Virus record (IMG/VR): IMGVR_UViG_3300009184_000050
Coordinates: 1-59,329 of that record
Direction: 5' to 3' (one strand)
Length of the DNA: 59,329 nucleotides
Origin: a virus
Lineage: Duplodnaviria; Caudoviricetes
The notes under the pieces were generated by a model, which saw nothing but the letters and a program-made list of their open reading frames with translations, searched no databases and was not told the DNA's origin. Below, one piece after another: positions 18,196-28,257 of this stretch. Position 1 is the stretch's first letter; each line of letters begins with the position of its first letter. The position numbers and the translations under genes were made by a program.

Positions 18196-19773
18196 ATGGC
18201 TATAATAAAGTTCTTCACTCTTACCAATTTCACACTATTAACAGCACTAACATTAAGTACAATAGCAGCGTGGTATAGTATTCTAGGATTAACAGCAATC
18301 TTTGCGGCTGCTGTTAATCCCGTTATTATCATGGGCGGTGCATTAGAAATATCCAAAGTTGTTACTACTGTTTGGTTGCACAAATATTGGGCTAAAGTGA
18401 AATGGGCTATGCGAGTTTATCTTGTAGCCGCAGTAGCAGCACTGGCTTTCTTGACCAGTATGGGAATCTTTGGGTTCTTAAGTAAGGCGCACAGTGACCA
18501 AAGCTTAGTTTCAGGTGACGTATCGGCTAAGATTGCAATTTATGATGAGAAAATTAAAACAGCAAGGGAAAACATAGATGTCAACCGCAAGGCGCTTAAA
18601 CAGCTTGATGAGTCAGTGGACCAAGTTATGGGTCGAAGTACGGATGAGAAAGGTGCCGATAAAGCCGTGGCTCTACGTAGGGGTCAACAAAAGGAGCGTG
18701 GGCGTCTCCTTGCTGAAATTGAAGCCGAACAGAAAAAGATTACTAGTCTTAATGAAGAGAGGGCACCCATTGCTGCCGAAGTACGTAAAGTAGAAGCCGA
18801 AGTTGGGCCAATCAAATACATAGCCGCTCTTATATACGGTGATAACCCTGATGCTAATTTACTTGAACGTGCGGTACGTTGGGTGATTATACTTATTGTA
18901 AGTGTGTTTGATCCATTGGCGTTGACTCTTGTATTAGCCGCAAATGGTAGTAGAATGTGGGATAGGGAAGAACCTAAAGTAGAAGATAAGCCCAAAGAAG
19001 AAGAACCTCAGTATGAGCCTGACCATGGTCCGTTAACTGAAGAACAAATAGAACAAATTGAAGAAACAGTAGAGAAACCCAAAATAGATGAATATGCTTA
19101 TTTGAAAAAGCCATGGACGTGGTTCACATCTGGTTCTACAGTAGGACTAGTTTCTAAGCCTGAAGAAAAACCTAAGGAAAAGCCCGAAGATATTCCATGT
19201 TTTAAATGCGGCACAACTTTATTAAATGCTCCTGGTATTGGGTTGTTCTGTCCAAATTTGAAGTGTGACGTTAGAGATGGTCCTTTTGAAGAAGAACCTC
19301 TTGAAATAGAAAAACCAAAAGAAATTAAAGAACTTGTCACTAATTCCCCATACGAAATTATTACAGACAATGTGACTTCATCTCCACCATATACCGATAT
19401 TGGCGGAGGATATGTTTCTTACGAAGGTAAATCTGTGCAAATAGATGCACTTAAACAATTGAATCCAAAATTGTTTATGATCGGAGCGGATGGTCAAAGT
19501 TCAGATAAAAAAGGATTTGGTACAGAATTTCCCAAGATAGCTAAAAAAGGAGAGGTCTTTGTGCGAGTAGATGTTCTACCAAACCGAGTCTATAAGTTTG
19601 ATGGTTCTAGATGGATTGAAATCAGCAAAACACAATCCAATACATATCTGTATGATGAGCAATATATCCAATATCTTATCTCTAAGGTTGACACGGGTGA
19701 GTACGATATTGACCTTCTTTCCGAAAACGAGAAAAGTCAGATAGAAATTTACCTACAAAAACAGCAAGGTTGA
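18196..19773 (+). CDS. Multi-pass membrane protein with coiled coil
   Basis: Three N-terminal TM helices, coiled coil, EVGPIKY...VFDPLA TM helix, CxxC..C...C. Confidence 0.8.
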   Translation: MAIIKFFTLTNFTLLTALTLSTIAAWYSILGLTAIFAAAVNPVIIMGGALEISKVVTTVWLHKYWAKVKWAMRVYLVAAVAALAFLTSMGIFGFLSKAHSDQSLVSGDVSAKIAIYDEKIKTARENIDVNRKALKQLDESVDQVMGRSTDEKGADKAVALRRGQQKERGRLLAEIEAEQKKITSLNEERAPIAAEVRKVEAEVGPIKYIAALIYGDNPDANLLERAVRWVIILIVSVFDPLALTLVLAANGSRMWDREEPKVEDKPKEEEPQYEPDHGPLTEEQIEQIEETVEKPKIDEYAYLKKPWTWFTSGSTVGLVSKPEEKPKEKPEDIPCFKCGTTLLNAPGIGLFCPNLKCDVRDGPFEEEPLEIEKPKEIKELVTNSPYEIITDNVTSSPPYTDIGGGYVSYEGKSVQIDALKQLNPKLFMIGADGQSSDKKGFGTEFPKIAKKGEVFVRVDVLPNRVYKFDGSRWIEISKTQSNTYLYDEQYIQYLISKVDTGEYDIDLLSENEKSQIEIYLQKQQG

Positions 19774-19798
19774 CAAATAATCAGGGCTGTGTTATTAT
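19770..19798 (+). promoter_or_regulatory. sigma70-like promoter
   Basis: TTGACA-17-TATTAT. Confidence 0.7.
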
Positions 19799-19830
19799 AT
19801 ACACATAGTCTTCACTATTTAGGAACTTAA

Positions 19831-20484
19831 ATGAACCAAAAATTTATCGCAGTTGCAATCGCTATGGCATTGTCAGGATGTTCATCATTGGGTGCAGGTA
19901 TCGATGCTGAACCAATTCAAGCTATTTCTTCGCAAAAGCTCAGTTCTTCATTCAAACGCCAAGGTATTAAGATTGAATGGGGTTGCATTTGGGGCACTGG
20001 GATCACACAATATACTTGTATCAAGACCGATGTTAAGGCAATTGAGGTGACTGGATATGCCCCTTCTTTTGGCAACACTGAGGTGATGCGTGAGCAAGCC
20101 TTTAAAGTTGCCCATGATGCTGCACTAGACAAGTTTATTAGGTTCGTAAAACAAGATATTACATCCAATCGTGTTACGGAAACAATGTCTAGGAACGTTG
20201 AAAAGGCAATCGACCAGCGTAAGGCCAAGATTAGTTCACAAGAGGAAGTCACTGCTAGTGATGATGAATTTAAAGATTCAAATCTTGCTTCTAGGTCTAA
20301 TACCAATGAAACAGTACGCACTGTAGTTGATACAGTACGCACTAATGCACAAGGTATTATCCGTGGTGCAAGGGCTGTTGATGAACGCATTGTTGACCGT
20401 CAAACTGTAGCAGTGGTTATTCGTTGGGATACCGACTCGGACCGAGCATCTAAATTTTTCCAAAAACGCTTTTCTACTAATTAA
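19831..20484 (+). CDS. Lipoprotein, LPP20-like
   Basis: Lipobox LSGC; VTGYA...AFKVA..AAL..; IIRGA. Confidence 0.7.
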   Translation: MNQKFIAVAIAMALSGCSSLGAGIDAEPIQAISSQKLSSSFKRQGIKIEWGCIWGTGITQYTCIKTDVKAIEVTGYAPSFGNTEVMREQAFKVAHDAALDKFIRFVKQDITSNRVTETMSRNVEKAIDQRKAKISSQEEVTASDDEFKDSNLASRSNTNETVRTVVDTVRTNAQGIIRGARAVDERIVDRQTVAVVIRWDTDSDRASKFFQKRFSTN

Positions 20485-20486
20485 TC

Positions 20487-21545
20487 ATGATTAGGTTTCT
20501 TGTGGTAGTGGCATGTTTAATGCTAACCGCTTGTGCCAGTGTACCAAATGGTAGTGATAAGTATATCAGGACTACTGGCACAGGTAATTCTTTTGACGAA
20601 GCAAAACAAAAGGCATTTCAACAAGCAATTGAAATTAAAGTAGGGTCATTCATTGACAGTGAGAGACAGTCCTTTAATCAAAAACTAGTCCGCGATGATA
20701 TCTTGGTATACAGTGCAGGCTATGTAGATGATTTCAAGGTTGTCTCTCAAAATACACTGGGCAATAAAGTTGTTGTGACAGTAGATGTTCTAGTTGCATC
20801 AAGCAAACTGTCCAATCGCATTATCTCGCAAGGGAAAAGTGCTGGGGTATTTGAAAATAGGCAGCACGTTACACAGTACCAAACTTATTTGCAAAATAGA
20901 CAAAACGGAGACAAACTATTAGACGCCGTCCTTAATGATTATCCGCAACGGGCATACGATATTGCACAACACTCGTATTACCTTAAAGTTGATGCAGACA
21001 GAAGGCCTTACTTATACATTCCCTATACTATCAAATGGAATTTTAATTACATAGAATCTTTTAGGGCTATGCTTGATGTATTGGCAGATGGTGATACAAG
21101 TTTTCTTGCAAAATCACCAGGCAATGTTTGGATTATGGCAAAAGACCCTAAAGATTTTATTTTAGGAAAAACCACGCATCATAGATTTAACGACATTATT
21201 AAAATGGACAAAATGACAGAAACAATTAGTCATTTAAGGAGAGTAACAATTAGATTAAAAATTTATAATCTACGTGGCGCCGTAGAGGTAGATAAATGCT
21301 ATATTCCAAGGTTTGATGATTCAAAAAGTAAAGCTGGCAATGCTTTCTATTATGCTGACAATGCCAATTACAAATTACCTACGATTGGTATTGAGTTTCA
21401 GGGCAATAGAACGGAAACTTCTAATATTGTGTTGCCCCTTAATCCTCAAATAGGAACAAGGGCAGTTGAGATTATCAAGAACATTGAAGTGTCGGTAGTG
21501 CCTATTGGCGACTGTAAAAATGAACCAGAGAGTTTACTAAGATAA
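20487..21545 (+). CDS. Lipoprotein
   Basis: Lipobox LTAC; TGTGNSFDEAKQKAFQQAIE (FlgT/LPP20 N-like). Confidence 0.7.
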   Translation: MIRFLVVVACLMLTACASVPNGSDKYIRTTGTGNSFDEAKQKAFQQAIEIKVGSFIDSERQSFNQKLVRDDILVYSAGYVDDFKVVSQNTLGNKVVVTVDVLVASSKLSNRIISQGKSAGVFENRQHVTQYQTYLQNRQNGDKLLDAVLNDYPQRAYDIAQHSYYLKVDADRRPYLYIPYTIKWNFNYIESFRAMLDVLADGDTSFLAKSPGNVWIMAKDPKDFILGKTTHHRFNDIIKMDKMTETISHLRRVTIRLKIYNLRGAVEVDKCYIPRFDDSKSKAGNAFYYADNANYKLPTIGIEFQGNRTETSNIVLPLNPQIGTRAVEIIKNIEVSVVPIGDCKNEPESLLR

Positions 21546-21553
21546 GTAAAAAT

Positions 21554-22753
21554 ATGTCAATAGAAAATAAACTAAACCATTGCTCATTTTGTGGTAATCA
21601 CAAAGATGTTGTTAAAAAATTAATTGTAGGAGATTCTTCTGCAATATGTAGCGATTGCATTGAACTATGCAATGAATTAATTATTGGTGAGAATGAAGAG
21701 TCTATCATAGAGTCTGATCCTTCTCGTTACGATGCCCTTTCTATTAAAGATTATGTTGATCAATATGTTATTGGTCAGGATAATGCTAAAATGGTATTGA
21801 GTGTGGCAATCGCTAATCATTTTAAGCGAATTACATATCCACCTAAAAACTTAGAAATACAAAAAGGTAATATTCTCCTTATAGGACCAACTGGTTCAGG
21901 TAAAACACTTTTAGCAAAAACAGTTGCAAAATACTTAAATGTACCTTTTGTAGTTGCTGACGCTACTAGTCTAACAGAAGCCGGTTACGTAGGCGATGAC
22001 GTAGAAAGTATGATTACTATGTTATTGAATGCTGCCGGTGGTGATGTAAAATTAGCAGAACGCGGGATCATCTTTATTGATGAGATTGATAAAATTGCTA
22101 GAAAAAGCGAAAGCACTAGTATTACTAGGGACGTATCAGGTGAGGGTGTACAACAGGCTCTACTTAAATTAGTAGAAGGAACTGTATGCCGAGTCCCTGC
22201 AGGAGGTGGTAGAAAACACCCCGGTGGTGATATGATAGAAGTTAATACCAAAAATATTTTATTCATTGCAGGCGGCGCATATGTTGGGCTAACTGATATT
22301 ATAAAAACCAGACTAAAAGGTACTACTATTGGGTTTGGAGCAGAGATTACTAATAATGATTTTACGGCTGATTTAAATCTAGTAACCCCAGATGATCTTA
22401 CTAAATTTGGAATGATCCCTGAATTTATTGGTAGATTTACTACTTCAGTAAGCTTAACTGATTTGAATAAAGAGCAATTACTACATGTACTGACCGATGT
22501 AAAAAATAATTACATTGACCAGTATAAATACCTGTTCTCAATTGATGAAGTTGAATTGAGTTTTGATAGTTTGGCATTAGAAAAAATTGTTGACAATTGC
22601 TTGAAACTCAAAACAGGTGCTCGTGGTCTACACACTGAAATTGAGCGGGCATTGATTCCTCATATGTTTCAAATTAGTAACTATAAGAAAAATGGCATTA
22701 ATAAGATAAATATTAGTCAGGAGTTAATTGATCGCCCTAAATCTATTCTATGA
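21554..22753 (+). CDS. clpX: ATP-dependent Clp protease ATPase ClpX
   Basis: CSFC Zn finger, GPTGSGKT, DEIDK, RKH, IGF loop, GARGL. Confidence 0.97.
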   Translation: MSIENKLNHCSFCGNHKDVVKKLIVGDSSAICSDCIELCNELIIGENEESIIESDPSRYDALSIKDYVDQYVIGQDNAKMVLSVAIANHFKRITYPPKNLEIQKGNILLIGPTGSGKTLLAKTVAKYLNVPFVVADATSLTEAGYVGDDVESMITMLLNAAGGDVKLAERGIIFIDEIDKIARKSESTSITRDVSGEGVQQALLKLVEGTVCRVPAGGGRKHPGGDMIEVNTKNILFIAGGAYVGLTDIIKTRLKGTTIGFGAEITNNDFTADLNLVTPDDLTKFGMIPEFIGRFTTSVSLTDLNKEQLLHVLTDVKNNYIDQYKYLFSIDEVELSFDSLALEKIVDNCLKLKTGARGLHTEIERALIPHMFQISNYKKNGINKINISQELIDRPKSIL

Positions 22754-22971
22754 GTCAAAAAGGTAATAAAGTTATTGTTCAAGATGACAATGTGGAAAAA
22801 GCACTGCGTAAATTGAAAAAGAAAGTGAGTGATGCCAATTTATTACTAGACCTGCAAAATAAACAATTTTTTACTAAACCTAATATAAAAAGAAAGCTAG
22901 CCAAAAAACAAGCCGTCAAAAGATGGAAAAAATTCTTATCTAGTCAAGAACTTCCCAAACAATATTATTGA
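22750..22971 (+). CDS. rpsU: 30S ribosomal protein bS21
   Basis: VIVQDDNVEKALRKLKKK...FFTKPNIKRK..K.QAVKR. Confidence 0.88.
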   Translation: MSQKGNKVIVQDDNVEKALRKLKKKVSDANLLLDLQNKQFFTKPNIKRKLAKKQAVKRWKKFLSSQELPKQYY

Positions 22972-23018
22972 CCCTAAATAGTATATTTTTTTACGAAATT
23001 TGTGTATACTAAATACAA

Positions 23019-23082
23019 GTGTAGATGCCGATAATCGGGTTTACACTAGTCATCTTGCTTATTTAAAAGGAGAAAACAAATG
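23019..23082 (+). promoter_or_regulatory. ROSE-like RNA thermometer in hsp20 leader
   Basis: 5' hairpin GTGTAGA..TTTACAC; TCTTGCT (23053-59) can pair with AGGAGA (23068-73) with a bulged G. Confidence 0.65.
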
Positions 23083-23529
23083 ACAAATACATTATCACTT
23101 CGTTCCCTCGACATCCCTTCAATTCATAAGTTTGGTATCGGTTTCGATACAATGTTTGATGAACTTATGCGAGCAACTGCTCAACAATCTCAAACTAATT
23201 ATCCGCCTTACAATATTGTAAAGCACAGTGATGATCATTTTAGTATTGAATTGGCAGTAGCTGGATTCAAAGAAGGGGACATTGATGTTCAAGTTGAAAA
23301 AAATCAACTTACCGTTCAAGGTTCAAAATCAATTTCTATTGATAAACCAAACACTGAATATCTACATCGTGGAATTAGTGCTAGGAACTTTGTTCGCAAT
23401 TGGACTTTAGCAGATTATGTAGAGATCACCGGTGCAACTGTTGCCGATGGTATTCTAACAATTGATTTGGAGCGTAAAGTTCCTGAAGAAGAAAAGCCTA
23501 AGAAGATTGCTATTATATATACTAAATAA
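23080..23529 (+). CDS. Small heat shock protein Hsp20 (IbpA-like)
   Basis: YPPYNI, ELAVAGF, YLHRGIS.R.F, GILTI.L..PEE.KP..I.I. Confidence 0.95.
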   Translation: MTNTLSLRSLDIPSIHKFGIGFDTMFDELMRATAQQSQTNYPPYNIVKHSDDHFSIELAVAGFKEGDIDVQVEKNQLTVQGSKSISIDKPNTEYLHRGISARNFVRNWTLADYVEITGATVADGILTIDLERKVPEEEKPKKIAIIYTK

Positions 23530-23544
23530 TATAATATAGCAACG

Positions 23545-23570
23545 TTGTGCGATACCTAAGTATCGCACAA
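23545..23570. terminator. Hairpin between hsp20 and clpS
   Basis: TTGTGCGATAC-CTAA-GTATCGCACAA followed by TTTT. Confidence 0.6.
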
Positions 23571-23597
23571 TTTTATAAACCTTTTAAAAATTTAATT

Positions 23598-23906
23598 ATG
23601 TCAAAAACCGATACCAAAGTTAAGATTAAACCTAATCTATCACTAGCAGAACCTCCACTTTTTAAAATCATTTATATCAATGATAATGTCACTTCAATGG
23701 AATTTGTAGTAACATCATTAGTAGACTATTTTGATTATACCGCTGAAACCGCACATAATATCACACTGGATATTCACGAATCGGGTAGTGCAACCGTAGC
23801 TGTTCTTCCATATGAAATTGCCGAGCAACGCGGTATTGAAGTTACTTTAGACGCTAGGGCACAAGGATTTCCATTACAGGTTAAGATTGAGGCTGATAAG
23901 AATTAA
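23598..23906 (+). CDS. clpS: ClpS N-degron adaptor
   Basis: PPLFKIIYINDNVTSMEFVV...IHESGSA...EIAE...FPL. Confidence 0.92.
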   Translation: MSKTDTKVKIKPNLSLAEPPLFKIIYINDNVTSMEFVVTSLVDYFDYTAETAHNITLDIHESGSATVAVLPYEIAEQRGIEVTLDARAQGFPLQVKIEADKN

Positions 23907-24598
23907 ACTTCTACATCAATCCTTTTAGCCCAATAAGGATTTAATTTTAAATATGGGTTATTAACGTAGTTGATGCTATCAATGGTGGTATCAACTATTT
24001 TTTTATATGTACCAAATACCCAATGAGTTACTTTTAACTCAACATCAACTGATAAAACCATACTAGGTGATATTTCATCTATGTATTCTGGTTCTTCCCC
24101 AAAATAAAACTTTTTGTTTGGGACAGAATTAGTTACTATCATAATTTTTTTTACGTCTAAATGTCTTTGCAGTTTTTCTATACCTTTTTTAAGATACATT
24201 AAATCGTTATACTTTTCAGTAATTAATTCTGTTTCTAAATCAGATTCGTCAGAAATGACATTACCATACCAACCATTACAACCTAATATAGCCACACCGT
24301 CAAGTATTACTATTCGGTTTTGTAAAACTGCTACATTTTTTATTTTATTACAAATATTAACTATTTCTCTAGTCTTTGATTGGATATCCAAAGTGTCTTC
24401 GTATTCAAGGTATCCGGGAATATAAAATATACCCTGATAAAACTGAGATAAATGTGCCAAAGTCTGTACTATAGTTCTTACATCGGAACTAACATTCCCT
24501 GCTATCACACAATATAAACTAGTTGCTTTATTTTCCCAATTAAATGAATCTTCGGGTGATAAGTGTAAGTCACTTATAAGATCAAACCCTATCTTCAT
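23903..24598 (-). CDS. Degenerate calcineurin-like metallophosphoesterase
   Basis: SDLH retained; AGN, GYLEY, TNSVP, FGTY replace AGD, GNHE, THHAP, HGHVH. Confidence 0.75.
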   Translation of the reverse strand: MKIGFDLISDLHLSPEDSFNWENKATSLYCVIAGNVSSDVRTIVQTLAHLSQFYQGIFYIPGYLEYEDTLDIQSKTREIVNICNKIKNVAVLQNRIVILDGVAILGCNGWYGNVISDESDLETELITEKYNDLMYLKKGIEKLQRHLDVKKIMIVTNSVPNKKFYFGEEPEYIDEISPSMVLSVDVELKVTHWVFGTYKKIVDTTIDSINYVNNPYLKLNPYWAKRIDVEV

Positions 24599-25017
24599 TA
24601 TGCTTTGGATTTTCTAGTTCTTTTTGGTTTAGGCGGTGCTTTTGGCTTTTTAGGTGGGGCAACTCCACCTTCCCATGCTTCGTTCTCGGGCGTAGCAGGA
24701 TCATCTTTAACGAATTTACCATTGACTTTAGCACGTTTTGGTTTTGCTTTTGGTTTTGCCACTTCAGGGACAACTTCAGGGACAACTTCAGGAATAACTT
24801 CAGGGACAACAGAAGTTTCTTCTATTGTAAAAGAGATTTCTTCTACCTTTGCCTGCACTGGTTCTTCCTTTACTACAACAGTGGGAACGATCTCTGGTTC
24901 TATAAAGGATTTTGGTTCTATAACGGCTTCTTCTACTTTTGTATTTTTATTATACTTGTACCATACTAATGCAACTAAGCCAGCTAATACAATGCCTATT
25001 AATATAAAAATTTCCAT
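24598..25017 (-). CDS. Membrane-anchored late protein with basic tail
   Basis: N-terminal TM helix; VVPE repeats; GKFVKDDPATPENEAW; TATAAATA at 25038-25045 (minus). Confidence 0.8.
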   Translation of the reverse strand: MEIFILIGIVLAGLVALVWYKYNKNTKVEEAVIEPKSFIEPEIVPTVVVKEEPVQAKVEEISFTIEETSVVPEVIPEVVPEVVPEVAKPKAKPKRAKVNGKFVKDDPATPENEAWEGGVAPPKKPKAPPKPKRTRKSKA

Positions 25018-25095
25018 TTTGATGTTTCCTAAATAAGTATTTATAATGTTTGCCAAATCTAATTTTATTTAACTAAAAAGACTAAATACTGAACT

Positions 25096-26682
25096 ATGCG
25101 TGATTTACTAAACCTAATACAAACCCTATCAGAAGATAGTACCCTTAATCCTTCAATAATTCTAAAGCGAGGCGGTAGATTTGAAAAATTCATATACATG
25201 ATTGCCAATCAACAGCCGTTTTATACTATTGATCAAGAACCTGTTATTGCTGATCCTTCCGAAGCAGCTCGGTTTCAACAATTACATGATGATGGTAAAT
25301 TTTCAGGTACTCTTAAAATTAAATTAGAAGATGGTAGGCAAATTCCATTAAGTCACTTGTTAAAAACTTCTGATTTAGGAGGAGAGGCTAAAACAGGTGA
25401 AGAGGGTGAGACTACAGGTAAAGAATCAGCTTTATTAAAACCTTCTCAAATTAAAATCACTGATAAAGACATTCCTGCTAGTCAATTAGGAGAAACAATT
25501 ATTAATAATAGTGTGCTGCAATCTACTGATTATGGCAGATTAGTCATTGAAATGGCTGAAACTATAATGAATGGAGGCAATCCTGTTATTCCCAAAGATG
25601 TTCCTACTAAGATCAAAGAGAGTATTATTGATTACGCAGGTGAGTATTTAGGTGTACTTGCATTAGTTTCAGGCACCTCACGTTTCCCCAGAAAGAAGGG
25701 TTTTACTGAATGGTTAGGAAGTGATGTATCTGAGTTAACTATTAATTTCCCAGGTAAAGCTAATACTAACATTGCCGATAGCTACGCCAGTATTTCCAAT
25801 GACAAGACAAATCACAAAATTAATATTTCAAGCAAAGGCCAAGGTGGCGGAGCTCCTCCAAGTGTGAGTGGATTAAAAGTTCCTGACGAAATTAGAAATA
25901 ATCCCGATTATCTAGGTGCAGTAGGTTTCATTGATTTATGTGATAATGGTACTAAAAAGGTTGCCGCTAAAATATCTTTGCCTTCACCTAGGACCATTAG
26001 CTCAGTCTTTGCTGCTATGAATTTATTAAATGAAGTAGCACCCGAATCTATACCACAGAAATTTAAATCAATATTGCCTTGGGATGTTAATAAAATTACA
26101 AACGATGTTAAAGAAAGTATAGAGAACTTTAAAAAAAATGTGCAGTCATCTGGACCTAATTCATACCCAGGTAAGATGCCAGGGTATGATATATTTTTTA
26201 ATGACATTAAATTTAAAAAACCAAGTAGCGACGGTGGCAAATTAACCCATGCTGTAAAATTAGCGGTGATGAATGCAGTAAACGAAGGTCAAGCTATTCC
26301 TGAATTCCAAGAAGTGGTATTATCTATTTTAGATATGAACTTCATTCAGCAATATGCAGACTTTGACCCCAAGAGTAGAATTATGAGTTTTGCAACACAA
26401 TGGCCTGCGAAACTTGAAGGTCAAATTACACTTGAATCTAAATCAGGCGGAACTGATCCAACTAAAGGTGGATTTAGTTTTAAACTAGCAAACACCTCAC
26501 CCAAGACCGATTTAGAAGAACCAGACGAGTTAGGTACAGAAGTAGTTCCAAAGGGTGATGTTGTAGGCACTGTATCCGATTTAGCAACCTCATCAATTAA
26601 CATTGTCAATCCAACAAGAAAAGAACCAGAAGAAAAACCTAGACAAGTAGGTGATGTTGGCCGACAAAAACGCAAATCATAA
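25096..26682 (+). CDS. Late protein with targeting-like leader; possible PD-(D/E)xK-like fold
   Basis: MRDLLNLIQTLSE start; GEYLG...IADSY...ISSK. Confidence 0.7.
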   Translation: MRDLLNLIQTLSEDSTLNPSIILKRGGRFEKFIYMIANQQPFYTIDQEPVIADPSEAARFQQLHDDGKFSGTLKIKLEDGRQIPLSHLLKTSDLGGEAKTGEEGETTGKESALLKPSQIKITDKDIPASQLGETIINNSVLQSTDYGRLVIEMAETIMNGGNPVIPKDVPTKIKESIIDYAGEYLGVLALVSGTSRFPRKKGFTEWLGSDVSELTINFPGKANTNIADSYASISNDKTNHKINISSKGQGGGAPPSVSGLKVPDEIRNNPDYLGAVGFIDLCDNGTKKVAAKISLPSPRTISSVFAAMNLLNEVAPESIPQKFKSILPWDVNKITNDVKESIENFKKNVQSSGPNSYPGKMPGYDIFFNDIKFKKPSSDGGKLTHAVKLAVMNAVNEGQAIPEFQEVVLSILDMNFIQQYADFDPKSRIMSFATQWPAKLEGQITLESKSGGTDPTKGGFSFKLANTSPKTDLEEPDELGTEVVPKGDVVGTVSDLATSSINIVNPTRKEPEEKPRQVGDVGRQKRKS

Positions 26683-26695
26683 TTTCCAATAATAC

Positions 26696-26724
26696 TTGAC
26701 TTCATATAATTATAATTGTATAAT
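26696..26724 (+). promoter_or_regulatory. sigma70-like promoter
   Basis: TTGACT-17-TATAAT. Confidence 0.7.
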
Positions 26725-26751
26725 TGTATTTGTTTTTATTAAAGGAAATTT

Positions 26752-27342
26752 ATGAATCTTGTACCAATGGTGTTAGAGCTATCTTCCAAAGGTGAACGAG
26801 CAATGGATATTTATAGCCGACTATTACGTGATCGTGTTATCCTCTTGGAAGGTGAGGTACACGATCAAATGGCTAACCTAATCGTTGCCCAATTGCTTTA
26901 CCTAGAAAGTGAAAGTGACAAGGATATCAGCGTTTACATTAATTCTCCCGGTGGTTCAGTTACCGCTGGTATGGCTATCTATGATACTCTACAGTTTGTA
27001 ACTCCCGATATTGTTACTATTGTTATGGGGCAGGCATGCAGTATGGGTAGCTTGTTAGCACAAGCAGGAACTCCTGAAAAGCGATTCATTCTTCCAAATG
27101 GTCGCCATATGGTTCATCAACCTAGCGGAGGTGCCCGTGGTCAGGCTACTGATATGGAAATTCAAGTCAAGGAAATTCTTGAAATGAAGCGAAACCTTAC
27201 CAATATCTATGTCAAGCATAATTCAAAAGGTAAGACTTTTGATGAGTTGACTAAAGATATGGAACGTGACTACTTCATGTCCGCTGAGGAAGCTGTGGAA
27301 TATGGCCTAGCCGACAAAGTGTTGCATAAACGCAACAGTTGA
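26752..27342 (+). CDS. clpP: Clp protease proteolytic subunit
   Basis: DIYSRLL, INSPGG, ACSMG (catalytic Ser), HQP, RD. Confidence 0.97.
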   Translation: MNLVPMVLELSSKGERAMDIYSRLLRDRVILLEGEVHDQMANLIVAQLLYLESESDKDISVYINSPGGSVTAGMAIYDTLQFVTPDIVTIVMGQACSMGSLLAQAGTPEKRFILPNGRHMVHQPSGGARGQATDMEIQVKEILEMKRNLTNIYVKHNSKGKTFDELTKDMERDYFMSAEEAVEYGLADKVLHKRNS

Positions 27343-27367
27343 CAAATATTCGTTCCTGTGCTATAAT
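27339..27367 (+). promoter_or_regulatory. Consensus sigma70 promoter
   Basis: TTGACA-17-TATAAT. Confidence 0.85.
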
Positions 27368-27398
27368 AGTTCTTTAAGTCAGACTCTAGGATAGAAAA

Positions 27399-27656
27399 AT
27401 GACTGAAGTTCTGTGCAAAGACTGCAAACACTCTAAGGCCAACTTACTAGATCGATTACTACAATCTAGTTACGCCTTTAAATGCACCATTGAAGAATCT
27501 TGGCATGCCCCAAAACCTGATAGGGTTACGGGTAAGCTTGGTACAGGATATTATGAATCATGTTCTGTAATGCGAGTTGGTAACGAATGTGGGCCTGATG
27601 CTAAGCGTTGGGTACCTAAAGATTCCAAAATGGTTTTCATGTATCTTCAGCGGTAA
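27399..27656 (+). CDS. Cys-rich hypothetical protein
   Basis: CKDCKH...C...C...CGP. Confidence 0.75.
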   Translation: MTEVLCKDCKHSKANLLDRLLQSSYAFKCTIEESWHAPKPDRVTGKLGTGYYESCSVMRVGNECGPDAKRWVPKDSKMVFMYLQR

Positions 27657-27661
27657 TCAAA

Positions 27662-28042
27662 ATGAAAGTTCCAGTGATTGGCAGTGTTGTTAAAATCAAT
27701 GTTCGTAATGAACAAGGATCAGCAATGATTCCCCCTCAACCCACTTCACTGGCATATGAGGGTAAAATTTTACCCTCATACTCTTGGTTAACTGATAGAC
27801 AATTTTGTTTGTCTGGTAATAAAGATTGGCCTATTCGTGTTCTCAATATAGATTGTATTGAAAACATTGAATTATTGTCAGGTTCATTTAAAGAAGTAAA
27901 TACTGATACAAAAGTATATGAGATTGCAAGTAGCAAGGGTGGAAAATACATTGTTACTAGTAATACAAAAGGGTGGACATGTACATGTCCTGGCTTTCAA
28001 TTTAGAAAGCAATGTAGACATGTATCAGAATTAAGTAAATGA
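27662..28042 (+). CDS. SWIM zinc-finger protein
   Basis: WTCTCPGFQFRKQCRH. Confidence 0.85.
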   Translation: MKVPVIGSVVKINVRNEQGSAMIPPQPTSLAYEGKILPSYSWLTDRQFCLSGNKDWPIRVLNIDCIENIELLSGSFKEVNTDTKVYEIASSKGGKYIVTSNTKGWTCTCPGFQFRKQCRHVSELSK

Positions 28043-28257
28043 ATAATAAACTTTTAGAGTTAGCCAAAAAAGTCAATATTAATTGGGATGATAACGATTC
28101 ATGTCATATTAGTAAACTAGACCTTGAAAAGTTTGGTGAACAAATTATAACAGAATGTATTAATATTGCAAATACAAAAATAACAGGTCGCGGTACGGCT
28201 ATGCAAATAGAAGCAGACTTTTACAAAGATACCAATGAAAATAGAACTAGCAAGTGA
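28039..28257 (+). CDS. Hypothetical protein (paralog of 12363)
   Basis: MNNKLLELA...FGEQIITEC. Confidence 0.7.
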   Translation: MNNKLLELAKKVNINWDDNDSCHISKLDLEKFGEQIITECINIANTKITGRGTAMQIEADFYKDTNENRTSK

